This document shows, piece after piece, positions 13,266 to 24,299 of a stretch of 64,000 bases of DNA. The stretch's first letter is position 1. The number at the start of each line of letters is the position of its first letter. Location of the stretch: contig NC_042998.1 in assembly GCF_006345805.1 (NCBI RefSeq), positions 201,314,001-201,378,000 of the forward strand, in the 5' to 3' direction. The translations under genes and the position numbers were made by a program. Under the pieces are notes generated by a model. It saw only the letters and a list, made by a program, of their open reading frames with translations, had not been told where the DNA came from and did no database searches. This DNA comes from Octopus sinensis. Lineage: Eukaryota.

Positions 13266-15110
13266 ATTTCATTATATTTGCCATAAAGGCAGTACATAGA
13301 GTACACTAGCTTTGCGGGCTAGACAAAGACATTGATGAAATGAATGATAACGAAACAAGGATGATAAGGATGGGAAAATCCAAAAACCACCAGTCGACTT
13401 TTGCTTCTCTAAACCATTGTCCTTTAGAATCAAACACAAAACGAGGTATTAAACCTCTTACAACTTTTATAATTTTTCAATTTTTGGACTTCATAGTCCA
13501 TTACATAGTTCACAAAACTCAATCATTCCCCTGCCCGACCAGGCTGTACGCTACCCTTAGGCACTGCTCCAGATCCAGGTCGGGCCCCAGAATGCAAATG
13601 TGAACATGTCCTTCGAGAAGGTGCCCATCACCCTGAACATACCTATTTCTTTATTACCCACAAGGGGCTAAACACAGAGGGGACAAACAAGGACAGACAT
13701 AGGTACTAAGTCGATTACATCGATCCCAGTGCGTAACTGGTACTTAATTTATCGACCCCGAAAGGACGAAAGGCAAAGTCGACCTCGGCGGAATTTGAAC
13801 CCAGGACGTAGCGGCAGACGAAATACCGCTAAGCATTTCGCCCGGCGTGCTAACGTTTTTGCCAGCTCAGCCTGAACATACCGACATCCGATATGACCTT
13901 CGTAGTCACCTACAAAGGCCAATCCTCGTCATATGTCCAGGGCATGGGCTCCTCCCTCCGGTCATCCAGCTTCTCTACGAAGCTTTGTATTGCCCCTAGA
14001 AGATGACAAAATCATCTTTCCTCCTTCTGGGATGGAGCTCAGTTTCCTATGTCGGTGGCACACTTCCCACCGACAAAGTTTCCGGACATGCCGTCAGTTC
14101 ACCATCAACCGCCGGCGATGTCACATTATTTTTCTTTCTCCTTTTTCTCTTCTCCTTTACGATGGGAGGGTGGCGTTACTCCTCCATGTCTGGAAGTCCT
14201 TCCTTCCCTCCCGCCGCCTCAGGATCTATAGGTGAGCCACCATTGTTACTCATCTTTCTTTTTTCCTTTCATTTTTGAGAGGGTTGTTTCCCCCTCGACT
14301 TCCTCCTTCTCTCCCTCCAATGGGGGAGCAGAGGGCTCTTCTTCCATTAACTGCTTCAAGACTTTGCTTGGTTCCAGCAACAGTTTCTCTTTATCAGGCC
14401 CAATTACAGGCACAGGTGACACTTGGTGGTGCGTCCCTCAAGGATCACCGCATACCTGGAACCGGCTATTCTTTAAAAAAACTGGCAAAACCAGATCATC
14501 GGCTGATTGGATCCATAAGGTCAAAATAGCTTTTGACCCCACCCAATCAGCCGCAGTGAGAATTCTGACATTCAAGAGCCTGGCAGTGCTGCCACCCAGA
14601 CTCTGATGGATTGTGTCTTCTAGCCTTTCGGGCTCTATAGCTGGTGGCAGTCCACACACCCAATCTTTTGTCAGTCTCTTCCCTTCATAAGTGGTGAGAA
14701 ACAAAATTTTCTCCCCTTCCAATGGTCGGCTCGCGAAATCCCGGCCTAGGCAGGGGTGTCAAACACACACACTATCGCGTATACTTAATCTCAATAAACT
14801 TAATCTCTGGCAGGTACTCCGCTAACTCTTTTTCAATATCAATCTGAGAACACAGTGATGGTGTCAAGAACCTTAGAATACGTTCTTATCACCACCGTTC
14901 TCTCGGAAAATTTTGTAACCACTGTTTGGCCGGTTGCCACTCTTTGCCACTCCAAAACAGTATTTTTGTTGCCATATTGACAAAAATAAATAAAGGGTTA
15001 AATGTTCGACACAAAAGTTCAAACATTCAGATTAAAGTCGATCATAAACAAAAAAGAATGGAAAGACAGAGGAGAGAAAGAGAACGAAGGAAGACAGCTC
15101 AAATGGCAAC
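13266..15110 (-). mobile_element. L1/Tx1-like element with decayed ORF1 (gag-like zinc knuckle); no ORF2 visible
   Basis: Minus-strand frames give ...WVCGLPPAIEPERLEDTI... then RYAVILEGRTTKCHLCL*LGLIKRNC (degenerate CX2CX4HX4C at ~14382-14425); boundaries approximate. Confidence 0.7.
13644..13870 (-). mobile_element. SINE family A nested in the ORF1 element, 12-bp TSD
   Basis: TSD CCTGAACATACC at 13632-13643 and 13871-13882. Confidence 0.92.
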
Positions 15111-15430
15111 GCACTTCTGCTACTCAGGTAATCCAGTGTTCCGTCGCAGCGCAAAATTTCGATTTTGTTTTCTCACAGTTAAGTGACAGACAAAAAATAG
15201 TAATTTACTGTCTGTCCCGGTATTCCTGACCGAAAATCGTAATCCACGGGCACAAAAAACGGTCAGAAATACCATCCTGATAACATCTTTTCTGGTCTTA
15301 CTCAAGAGGTATGTTAGTTTAAGCGGCATTTTCACTTCGTGATAAATTCTAGAAATACGCACAAGCTACGGAAACTTTTTGAATATTACAACAACAACAA
15401 CTACTACTACTACTACTACTACTACTACTG

Positions 15431-15475
<45 letters not shown>

Positions 15476-17544
15476 GTTTCTGTTATTCAGTATTCTATTG
15501 TTACCCTGGTTTTGAATTCGTATTAACAAGCTGCCTCGTTCAAACGTGGTTACATACCTCTTGAGTAAGACCTGAAAAGTCTTACTCAAGGGTGAGAAAG
15601 GTTTTACTCAGGATGAAATTACTCTACTGATCATCATAGACGCCTGCAGTTTCTCCAAATATACCGTTCTTTTTTCCCTATAAACTAGTGATCAATAGGA
15701 CGCTTATTAAGATTTTACACTTAAGGCAATGCCCGGGAGACTGGCGGACTGTGTACATCTGATGACATTCCAGACAACGTGCCTGCAAATTTTCTTATTA
15801 CTGGGTCCAATATCAGAGATCTGTAAAGAAAACGCCTGACGAGTTTGACAAAAGTCAACACAAATTTCAAATATTTATAAATGCCGCAGTCAATGCACCA
15901 CCCCTTTGTAGTAGCTGAAGATAAATGAACTGAACAATGGAACAATCTTTCTTTGACGCAGAAATTACAGAAAATATATCATCGGTGGCCTACAACAGCA
16001 CTTTCAAGCTACACTTTAAAATGACTGAGGCAAAGACATTATATAACATAGAGTATTTATTTTAATTGCTCAAAATAATAAAAGTAATGTATATAAAATA
16101 TATATTGAACTGATGTATTATAACAACGCAAGAAGCATGTATGGGCATCAGATTCATACTTAGTTTAAAATCGACGCCCTATAATACATATTAATATAAC
16201 CGAGCCCTTTTATTATTTTCTAGGATCCCATTACCTCTGAACAGGTACATTCGAAGTGATGAAAGATTGTCGGCATATTTTTTCACCGGTACACTTTAAT
16301 CTGAGAATCTTCAGAATAGTTTTGTCATATTTTTGCACGTAGCAAAAAATCGTCATCTTATTTCGAATATTTTCTTTAATCTGAGGCAAAATTAATTGTA
16401 TTTTCGACCAACCGTGACATACAAGGTGATTTTATGAGTGTTTACCTTAAGTTTTATTCGCATCCTTTTGTGTACGTTGATTCTTCAGCATGCCTTTAGT
16501 GTGGTAACTGTTTCTGTTTTGTTTTTCTTTTACTTTTATGCATTACAATCTCTTCAAAACTTGTCCAACCCTTTTTACTTTTTATTTACTCCTCGTTGCA
16601 GAACCACTGAATAAACGATATCGGTTCAGATCGACCTGCTCTATCAGGTCAAGATGTTCTTTTCCGATAATTCCTGGGGTTGAGGCCATATTAGTTGCAC
16701 GCATATAGAAAGTATACATTTGTCTTCTTGCACCCTCATTTTCTCCTCAGGCAGAAAAAACATAGGAATAAAAGTGGTGTGTCCCTTGTCTGTCGTTCAA
16801 TACATCAATTTTGTTTATTAAATAAAGCTCCTTTATTTGGCTGAGTTCGCCGTTGTTGTTATTCTTTTTAAGAGTACTGTTACAATTGTCTTCGGTGTCA
16901 GTTTTAAATCTTAAAATATAGTTTCGCGTAGAATGCGCGGGTTTTCAAGTAAATTAAATTTTAGCATCCATTTCCTACGTGTAATTGTGCACATTTTTAC
17001 GTTCCTCTCTTCTTTTTGTGGAGGTTGTGAGAAAACACTATTTTAATTTGAATATAAATAGAAATACAAGAATATAATTATGTCCAGAAATGACAGGCCT
17101 CATGTTTTTGCGGAGTAATTACAGTTTCTATACTAGATATTACGTAATAATAATAACCATCCTTTCTTTTAGCAGAAGGGCTGAAATTTAAGGAGAGGGA
17201 GATAATCAATTACGTTTGCAGCGATGCTTATGCGGTAATTTTTTATCGAGCCCAAAGCATTTCGTTCGACGCGCTAATAATTCTGCCATAATAATAAAGA
17301 TAGACTCTCCTGTCGATTCCCACGAATGAGTGTTTGAAGGAGCGGTTTAAGTCTGAAAGACACAGAACAGCTTTTGAAAACAAATGAATGATGGAAACTG
17401 CATCTGTTTACGATGGATGCATGAGTGTAATTGGAGCCTAGGTACGGAGTTTGCTATGAAATTCCAATGGGACAGCGATGATTTTTGATTTTTGATTGTG
17501 TCCTGGTATTCTGTAAATACCAGTTGATTAATTAATTTTTATTT

Positions 17545-17948
17545 TTTACTTGTTTCAGTCATTTGACTGCGGCCATGCTGGAGCACCGCCTTTAATCGAG
17601 CAACTCGACCCCGGGACTTGTTCTTTGTAAGCCCAGTACTTATTCTATCGGTGTCTTTTGCCGAACCGCTAAGTGACGGAGACGTAAACATACTAGCATC
17701 TGTTGTCAAGCAATGCTAGGGAGACAAACACAGACACATAAACACACACACATACACACATATATATATATATACATATATACGACAGGCTTCTTTCAGT
17801 TTCCGTCCACCAAATCCACTCACAAGGCATTGGTCAGCCCGAGGCTATAGCTGAAGACACTTGCCCAAGGTGCCACGCAGTGGGACTGAACCCGGTACCA
17901 TGTGGTTGGTAAGCAAGCTACTTACCACACAGCCACTCCTGCGCCTAT
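17545..17948 (-). mobile_element. Full-length SINE family B (tRNA-derived, CORE-like CCTTGGGCAAGTG segment, internal TA/TG microsatellite)
   Basis: A-box-like TGGCTGTGTGG and B-box-like GGTTCAGTCCC on the minus strand; near-identical copies at 29335 and 31374. Confidence 0.92.
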
Positions 17949-17985
17949 GTAACTCATTTATTGTTCTTTTGTTTGGAGTCAACTT

Positions 17986-18048
17986 ATAATAATAATGATA
18001 ATAACAATACATGCCATCACTTTGATGGCATGCACTGCTCTTTCACTC

Positions 18049-18139
<91 letters not shown>

Positions 18140-18245
18140 CGAGAAGAAGAAGAAGAAGAAGAAGAAGAAGAAGAAGAAGAAGAAGAAGAAGAAGAAGAAG
18201 AAGAAGAAGAAGAAGAAGAAGAAGAAGAAGAAGAAGAAGAAGAGA
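17986..18245. repeat. (TAA)n-(GAA)n microsatellite containing a short 3' terminus of the TAA-associated element
   Basis: TCACTTTGATGGCATGCACTGCTCTTTCACTC matches the 3' ends at ~36812-36843 and ~47410-47441. Confidence 0.85.
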
Positions 18246-18869
18246 ACTAGCAATAATATTAACAGCTGGCACGAAATCTCTTGGCAGGGGTTAATCGATT
18301 ACATTCACCACGTAGTTTGCTTGTAATATATTTAATCGACCACGAGGTGATGATGAGCTATGTGGAATTTCCTGGGATCTGAGCTGATGTAAAAAAAAAC
18401 ATACAAGAAAGAAAAATAACACTAGAAATGCAGTCAATTATTTTTCGATGGTCTTTCGATTCCACCAATTAACCATAAACCGTAAATGTGGCACATAAAT
18501 AGCATTGGTTAAGAGGTAAATGATACGAGTATAATGGGATTACTCGAATGTGGAGTTACAAAGGTTAGCGAAAAATACTAATCTGTGAGTTAATCAAGGT
18601 TGATTCAAACATCCTCTAATACTCCGAAACCCCTGCTGATGTCAATTTATTTGGGGTTCAATTTCGAGGGAGAAAATGATTAACAAAAAAAAAAAAACTC
18701 ATGACAGAAAAGTATCTGTGGCTATGAATATGAAAATTTCAATAAAACAAACTTGGAAGGACAAGTACGATATTTGAAAGGAAGTCTTGCATGGAAGACA
18801 GAAAAACGGGATTCATAGAAATTATTATAACATCAAACATTCTTGGTTGCAGACTGCTAAACAAAAATA

Positions 18870-19268
18870 TCTTTATATATAAAAGTAAGGTTGTGTGTCT
18901 GACTCCTACGATTTAGATTCCTAGCTACTCCCACATTTGGCGGTGCAGTTTAGCCAAAACCGGGTATCTTATAGTCGTGATTATTATCGAGCCCTTCTGG
19001 GTATTAGCGCGCGTCTACGATGAGTCTTCGATTTTAAAAATAATTTACCATCATTTTGTTCCATTTTAATGCATTTTTACTCGGTTTTATATAAGGGAAG
19101 TAACTCTCTAAAAATGTCTACGAAGAGTCAACGATTTAAAAAAAAATTACCATATTTTTTTTTTCCATTTTTAATGCGTTTTTTTGCTATTTTTTTACTA
19201 TAACTCTCTAAAAATGCTTTATAGTTATTTCCCTTACATATCCGGGCAACGCCGGACTATGCTGCTAG
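18870..19268 (+). mobile_element. Non-autonomous Helitron
   Basis: 5' TC after A, 3' CTAG before T, subterminal hairpin TCCGG-gcaacg-CCGGA at 19241-19256, no TSD, internal tandem duplication. Confidence 0.88.
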
Positions 19269-19689
19269 TAACACATAAAAGTGGAGCGATGTAGGATAAA
19301 ATAAGTAACTGTGTCCAATGAAGAATGAATCAGTATCATCAGAATGGAAACGGGGAAAAGAAATTTTGCCGGCACACGGAATAAGGGCCTGAATACGAGG
19401 AGGATAATACATCAAATACTAGAGTAGCAAAAATAATGCTGTCGGTTATTTCTGGCGAAATCATTGATTGTTACGGCACAGAGAAACGGCTAACCGGAGC
19501 AGGGAAACACGAGGTTGATGACAATGCAAATTTTGTAGATGCGTGGCTTCCTTTACTTTTGTATCGCACTTCAAGTGGATGTATCAATAGTGTTAGATAA
19601 AGGCCGAAAACCCTCAAAATGTTGTTGGAAATTACGTTTACATATTTGTTGTGCAAAATTTTTAACGTGAAATCGTTTGTTGAAACACA

Positions 19690-19820
19690 TATTGTTGTAT
19701 TTCGGAATGGTCATTTTGCCAGTTTAGCCAGTAAATAATACTGAAGCAAAGTAACACCAAATATATAGTGCGTGTGTTTTTATTGGCTCAACTGGCAAAA
19801 TGACCATTCCGAAAAACAAC
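19690..19820. repeat. ~42-bp imperfect inverted repeat
   Basis: TTGTATTTCGGAATGGTCATTTTGCCAGTTTAGCCAGTAAA versus TTTATTGGCTCAACTGGCAAAATGACCATTCCGAAAAACAA. Confidence 0.85.
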
Positions 19821-20830
19821 TATAGTTGTTGAAAATCTTAATCAGCCTGGATGCCACAATAGTAGACCAGCTCAGTGGCGGGCGAAGAGAATATGCAATT
19901 GAAGGTGTTTTGTAGAAGACTACGTTATTTCGCATACCATAGTGAGAGCAATTTCAACACCTTGACAGTGTGAAGGAAGTAGAGAAGAAATGATAAAGAT
20001 GCACTGGAAACCAACCGATCCAGTGGAAACCAACCGAAGTGTAAGCTCCAGCTTGCAGAGCATCATCAGTCACAGTTTCAGTAAAATAAATGTAATCATA
20101 TCCTGTGCAGCTCTGGATATAAGAAAGTAGACACTACATTCACTAACGTTTAGAACATGTGGCACTGGAGCATACTCTTGTGACGAGGAAGAGAATGCTA
20201 CTGAGGAAAGTATCCAACCTTTCAGTGGAAACAAAAATTAGAACGAGCAATACGCCCAGAAAAAGGAATAGAAGACAACAAAAATCGAAAACAACAAAAT
20301 CGGTTGAAGAGGGGCAATCTATTTTAATTAACAATGGTGCTCTTCATCAGAGCATTGACAAATCCGTCGTAGAATAACGAAGGTTTCCCGGTGATGATAA
20401 AATGATAATGATACACCTGGCGTTAAGAAAAGATGAAAGACTCTAGGAACATGTTGTTGACAAAAACGATAGAAAGACGAACTTAAGCAATGTCATGCTA
20501 AAAATGTCGATTGTTATAATTGAAATGAATTTGATAAAATTAAAACATTTATAATATAGACAGAAAGAGAAACTGATAGCAACTTGTGTAGGTGGTGCAA
20601 CACAGAAAACAGCAATATTTCAATTATATTTTCCGTGTACATTTGAGAAATTGCTGAGATGACGTTCTAATAATTTATAATGTAAGATGAAGATACCAAC
20701 ATAGTATTACAAACATTTACTCAGACATGTAAATATTCATGACGGATTTAACATTACTACTACTACCAGTATGATGGAGAACAAATCTGCATATGAAGAA
20801 CGCTAATATACGTTTTGATACAGCTACAGG

Positions 20831-20880
20831 GAAAATTGCAACAACGGACACGGAAAATATTGTTATGGACATATATATAT

Positions 20881-20924
<44 letters not shown>

Positions 20925-20988
20925 TATATTTTTTTATATATATATATATTCCATAAAAGTATTTTCCGTATCCGTTCTTGCAATTTTC
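20831..20988. repeat. 39-bp inverted repeat flanking a (TA)n tract
   Basis: 20831-20869 versus the reverse complement of 20950-20988, 35/39 matches by eye. Confidence 0.85.
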
Positions 20989-21006
20989 ACAAGCATAAAC
21001 ACAAAT

Positions 21007-21085
<79 letters not shown>

Positions 21086-21599
21086 GTGTGTGTATGTATG
21101 TATGTATGTCTGTGTTTATGCTTGTGTATGTGTGTAGACGACATACGTATATATGCGAACAATTTATTTAATTTTGTATACGTATTTCGACGTGTACGTT
21201 TGCTTGTATGTCACTTATCAGTGCGTGTATTTTCACACTCTTGGAATATCTGTATCACGCATACAGATACATTAATACAATAGACACAATAGACTCGGTA
21301 TACAGCCATAATGATGTAACTTTATATTAGCATACGGCAGCAAGTGATTTCTTGCAGACACACATGTACAAACTCACACGTACAAAATGGAAACCGTCAG
21401 ATTCCTATACTGATAAGCTTTTGAAATTATTTAAGAGAGAACACAACTGTAGATTTTGAATGAAGAAAGTAAACAGAAAAGTTGATTAATGGAGAGATAG
21501 AGCAATTTTACTTTAGAAGAGCAAGCAATTGGAAGTAAATTTAATTTAGACGCCAGCATATGAGAAACACTAGATGTTTCCTGTTGTTTTCATTATTAT

Positions 21600-22760
21600 T
21601 ATTGATTGTTTCTGACTAGGGACACGAAATGAATTTACTGGTGTTATATAGATGAAGGTATACTACATTCTAATCAAGTGATGTTAGCTGTAGAACACAA
21701 CCCTCTCTCTAAGATTCCATGCCTATTTCCCGTAATAATTACTCTTAACAATAGTGGCTATGCGGTGTTTTCATTCCAATTGATGATCGAATGCTGATAA
21801 GGTATTGGATAACCAATATTAAGTGAATATTACTATGACGAGTATTTCATGTTTTCAGTCACAAAGCCAGCTCTTATGGCTGCCTACGCTTTTTTTCTTC
21901 CTTTTAGTTTTTAAAGACACATGTGTGTCTGTTTTCTTTTACCGCCAGGTTTTCAATATTTTAGTGTTCATACTGTTCCACCAGATTTACACCTCAGAGA
22001 GCTTCTTGAATGTGCAGTATTCATTTTTGATGGATCTCTTACATTGTATTCAACGTAATGTTAATTTAATATTTTATTAATTTTCTAGAATTTGTAGTGT
22101 TTCATTTGCTCTATCAATTAGATTGCCTTTGTGTACTGTATAACCTGCAAAAAGGATTAAGCTGTGATTGTGAAGAATTATGGGCCTTGTTAGTTGTCTT
22201 CCTGTTACCTGCCGACTGGGTATATAATAAGCAATGAATTTCTTTTAGAATATAACCTGAGTAGTGTGGATTATTGTATTAACGTTTCCTGCCACTGAAT
22301 GACGTCCGAATCTATGAAGTCATATTTTTGTCCATTATTGCTTATAATCATGCTTTCTTTATAACTTTCATAAGAATTACCCTTGTAATTAATACTCTCT
22401 TGCATTCATATCTATCCTAAAGTAACTTTCTATGCCAGGATGCGTATACTTTAAGTTTACTAAAATATATTTTTGCGTTATATGTTTTTATATGTGCGAT
22501 TGCGATATCCATCAGAAAACATAATATTATTTTCTCCTGAGTACTTCTATTTTGGCAGATCATCTTCATCGTTTTGGTTCTACATTACATACATATTAGT
22601 TCGTTTCGCATTTGATATCAAGTATTGAAATATTTCCATATTTCCAGCGATAGTATCCAAATTGTCCAAGACTTCTTAACATATTGTATTTCTAAGAAAC
22701 TGGTCTTAAACATCATGTAACAAATATTCTATTGCTCACAGAGGAGTCTTCAACAGAGTC
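21600..22760 (-). mobile_element. Decayed LINE relic
   Basis: EYFQYL (FKYLG-like) trace near 22625 on the minus strand; otherwise fragmentary. Confidence 0.3.
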
Positions 22761-23094
22761 TTGAATATATTGGTGCAATGATTTAGATCTCTATTTAACT
22801 CTCTTTCTCCTTTACTCTCCTTCTCTTTCTCTGTCACTATCTCTTTTTCTCTTTCTCTCTCTGTCTCTCATTTGCTTTAGTATAATCTAGATTTTGATTT
22901 GAATTTATTCTTTTGTTTATACAGTTTCTCTACCTCCTCATTCACAAAGTTTTCTATAGCATATATTATAATTTAGTTCCTAATTTATTATTACGATTTG
23001 AACATCTTTATTTTAATAACTAACTTTTATTTACTTATATGTGTTTTCATGGATTCAAGGTAATTCCTGTAAAATTATGCAGTGACATGAAGGG

Positions 23095-24292
23095 TAATGT
23101 TGGAGAAAATCCCGTTCGGTTCTTCAGCAAAAATAGAATAAAATTGTTAAATTCAAACAAGGATATGCTTATATTTTCAGTCCACTTTATTCTGCCATCG
23201 TGTGGGCAGCTCCATAAAGGAGCTTCTTACAAGAATGTCCTATCTATATTGGCGAAAAATACTACCAACTGAATTTTTACCTCCTCTTCAGACGTGAATG
23301 TCTGTCCATTCAGTGAAGTTTGCAGAGACTGAAACAGGAGTATAACCGAATTGGCTAAGCCGAACGAAGAATGAGGGTGCGGCAAAACTTTCCAAGCAAG
23401 TCTCAGACGTTTCTCTGATGTTTACCGAACAATATACCGCCTGGTATTGTCCGTGATGAAAGACAATGCCCTTACGATTAGCAAATGTTGAATTCTTCTG
23501 GTAAAAAGATAAATTTAATTAGTCTTGTTAGCCAGAGTACACGTACGAATTCGAATGAAACTCGAAGCTCGTAAAAGCAACACTCTTCTAATTCCTCCAA
23601 CTTCAAACCACAGCCACCTTTGAGCTATGTCCTACGTTGGAGTTCGTTTTTAGCGGTTCACCACTCTTCCCCGTTGATCGCTTGCACTTCACATTGTTAT
23701 ACACGACCCCATTATTGTCATCTGTCATCATTCCCTTAAAAAAAAAAAGAATAGGCTACTTTAGGTTTCTATAACGAATCACAGATTGAATTACGTTGGG
23801 TAAGGTTAGCCTCGCTCAGTTGCAACATCAAGCCTCCTGACTTAACCAATTGTTGCAGATGGTTTTCAACACTCCATGTGAATAACTGGGAAACATCTGC
23901 GATCATCCTGGTTGTATAGTGGGCGTTGAGCGGCTGTTAATTTCACTTTGCCTGCAAGAGCGAGGTGAAACTTGAACCAAAAACTTTGCCGATTTAAATT
24001 ATGAAAACAACTTCTGGTATACATGCTCCGTACTCAGCGTATATCTGCTCGCAAGTTTCCACAGCTTTGTAACCTTTTCAAAAATTAAAACAAAGCATGA
24101 GTTGTTGATAAAGGCCGTGTTGGTTCTTCATTTTCAGAGTGATTCCGAGCGCAAGGATGCGTCGTAATACGTTCAAATATCAAGCATCTAACAAGTGTGC
24201 ATGTGCAAGGGACAGACTAACGTTAGCTACTTATTAGAGTACTGGAAATCTAATGTTAACAAAAGCCAAACAGACTTTTGGCCAACCCGGTA
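23095..24292 (-). mobile_element. Mariner transposon, near full-length, decayed
   Basis: TA-CCGGGTTGGCCAAAAGTC end at 24292 (minus); ATG near 24131; HPHSSFGLANSVILLFQSLQTSLNGQTF corresponds to the mariner HPPYSPDLAPSDYHLF.SLQ motif; ~1.2-kb span. Confidence 0.8.
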
Positions 24293-24299
24293 TCTCCGT

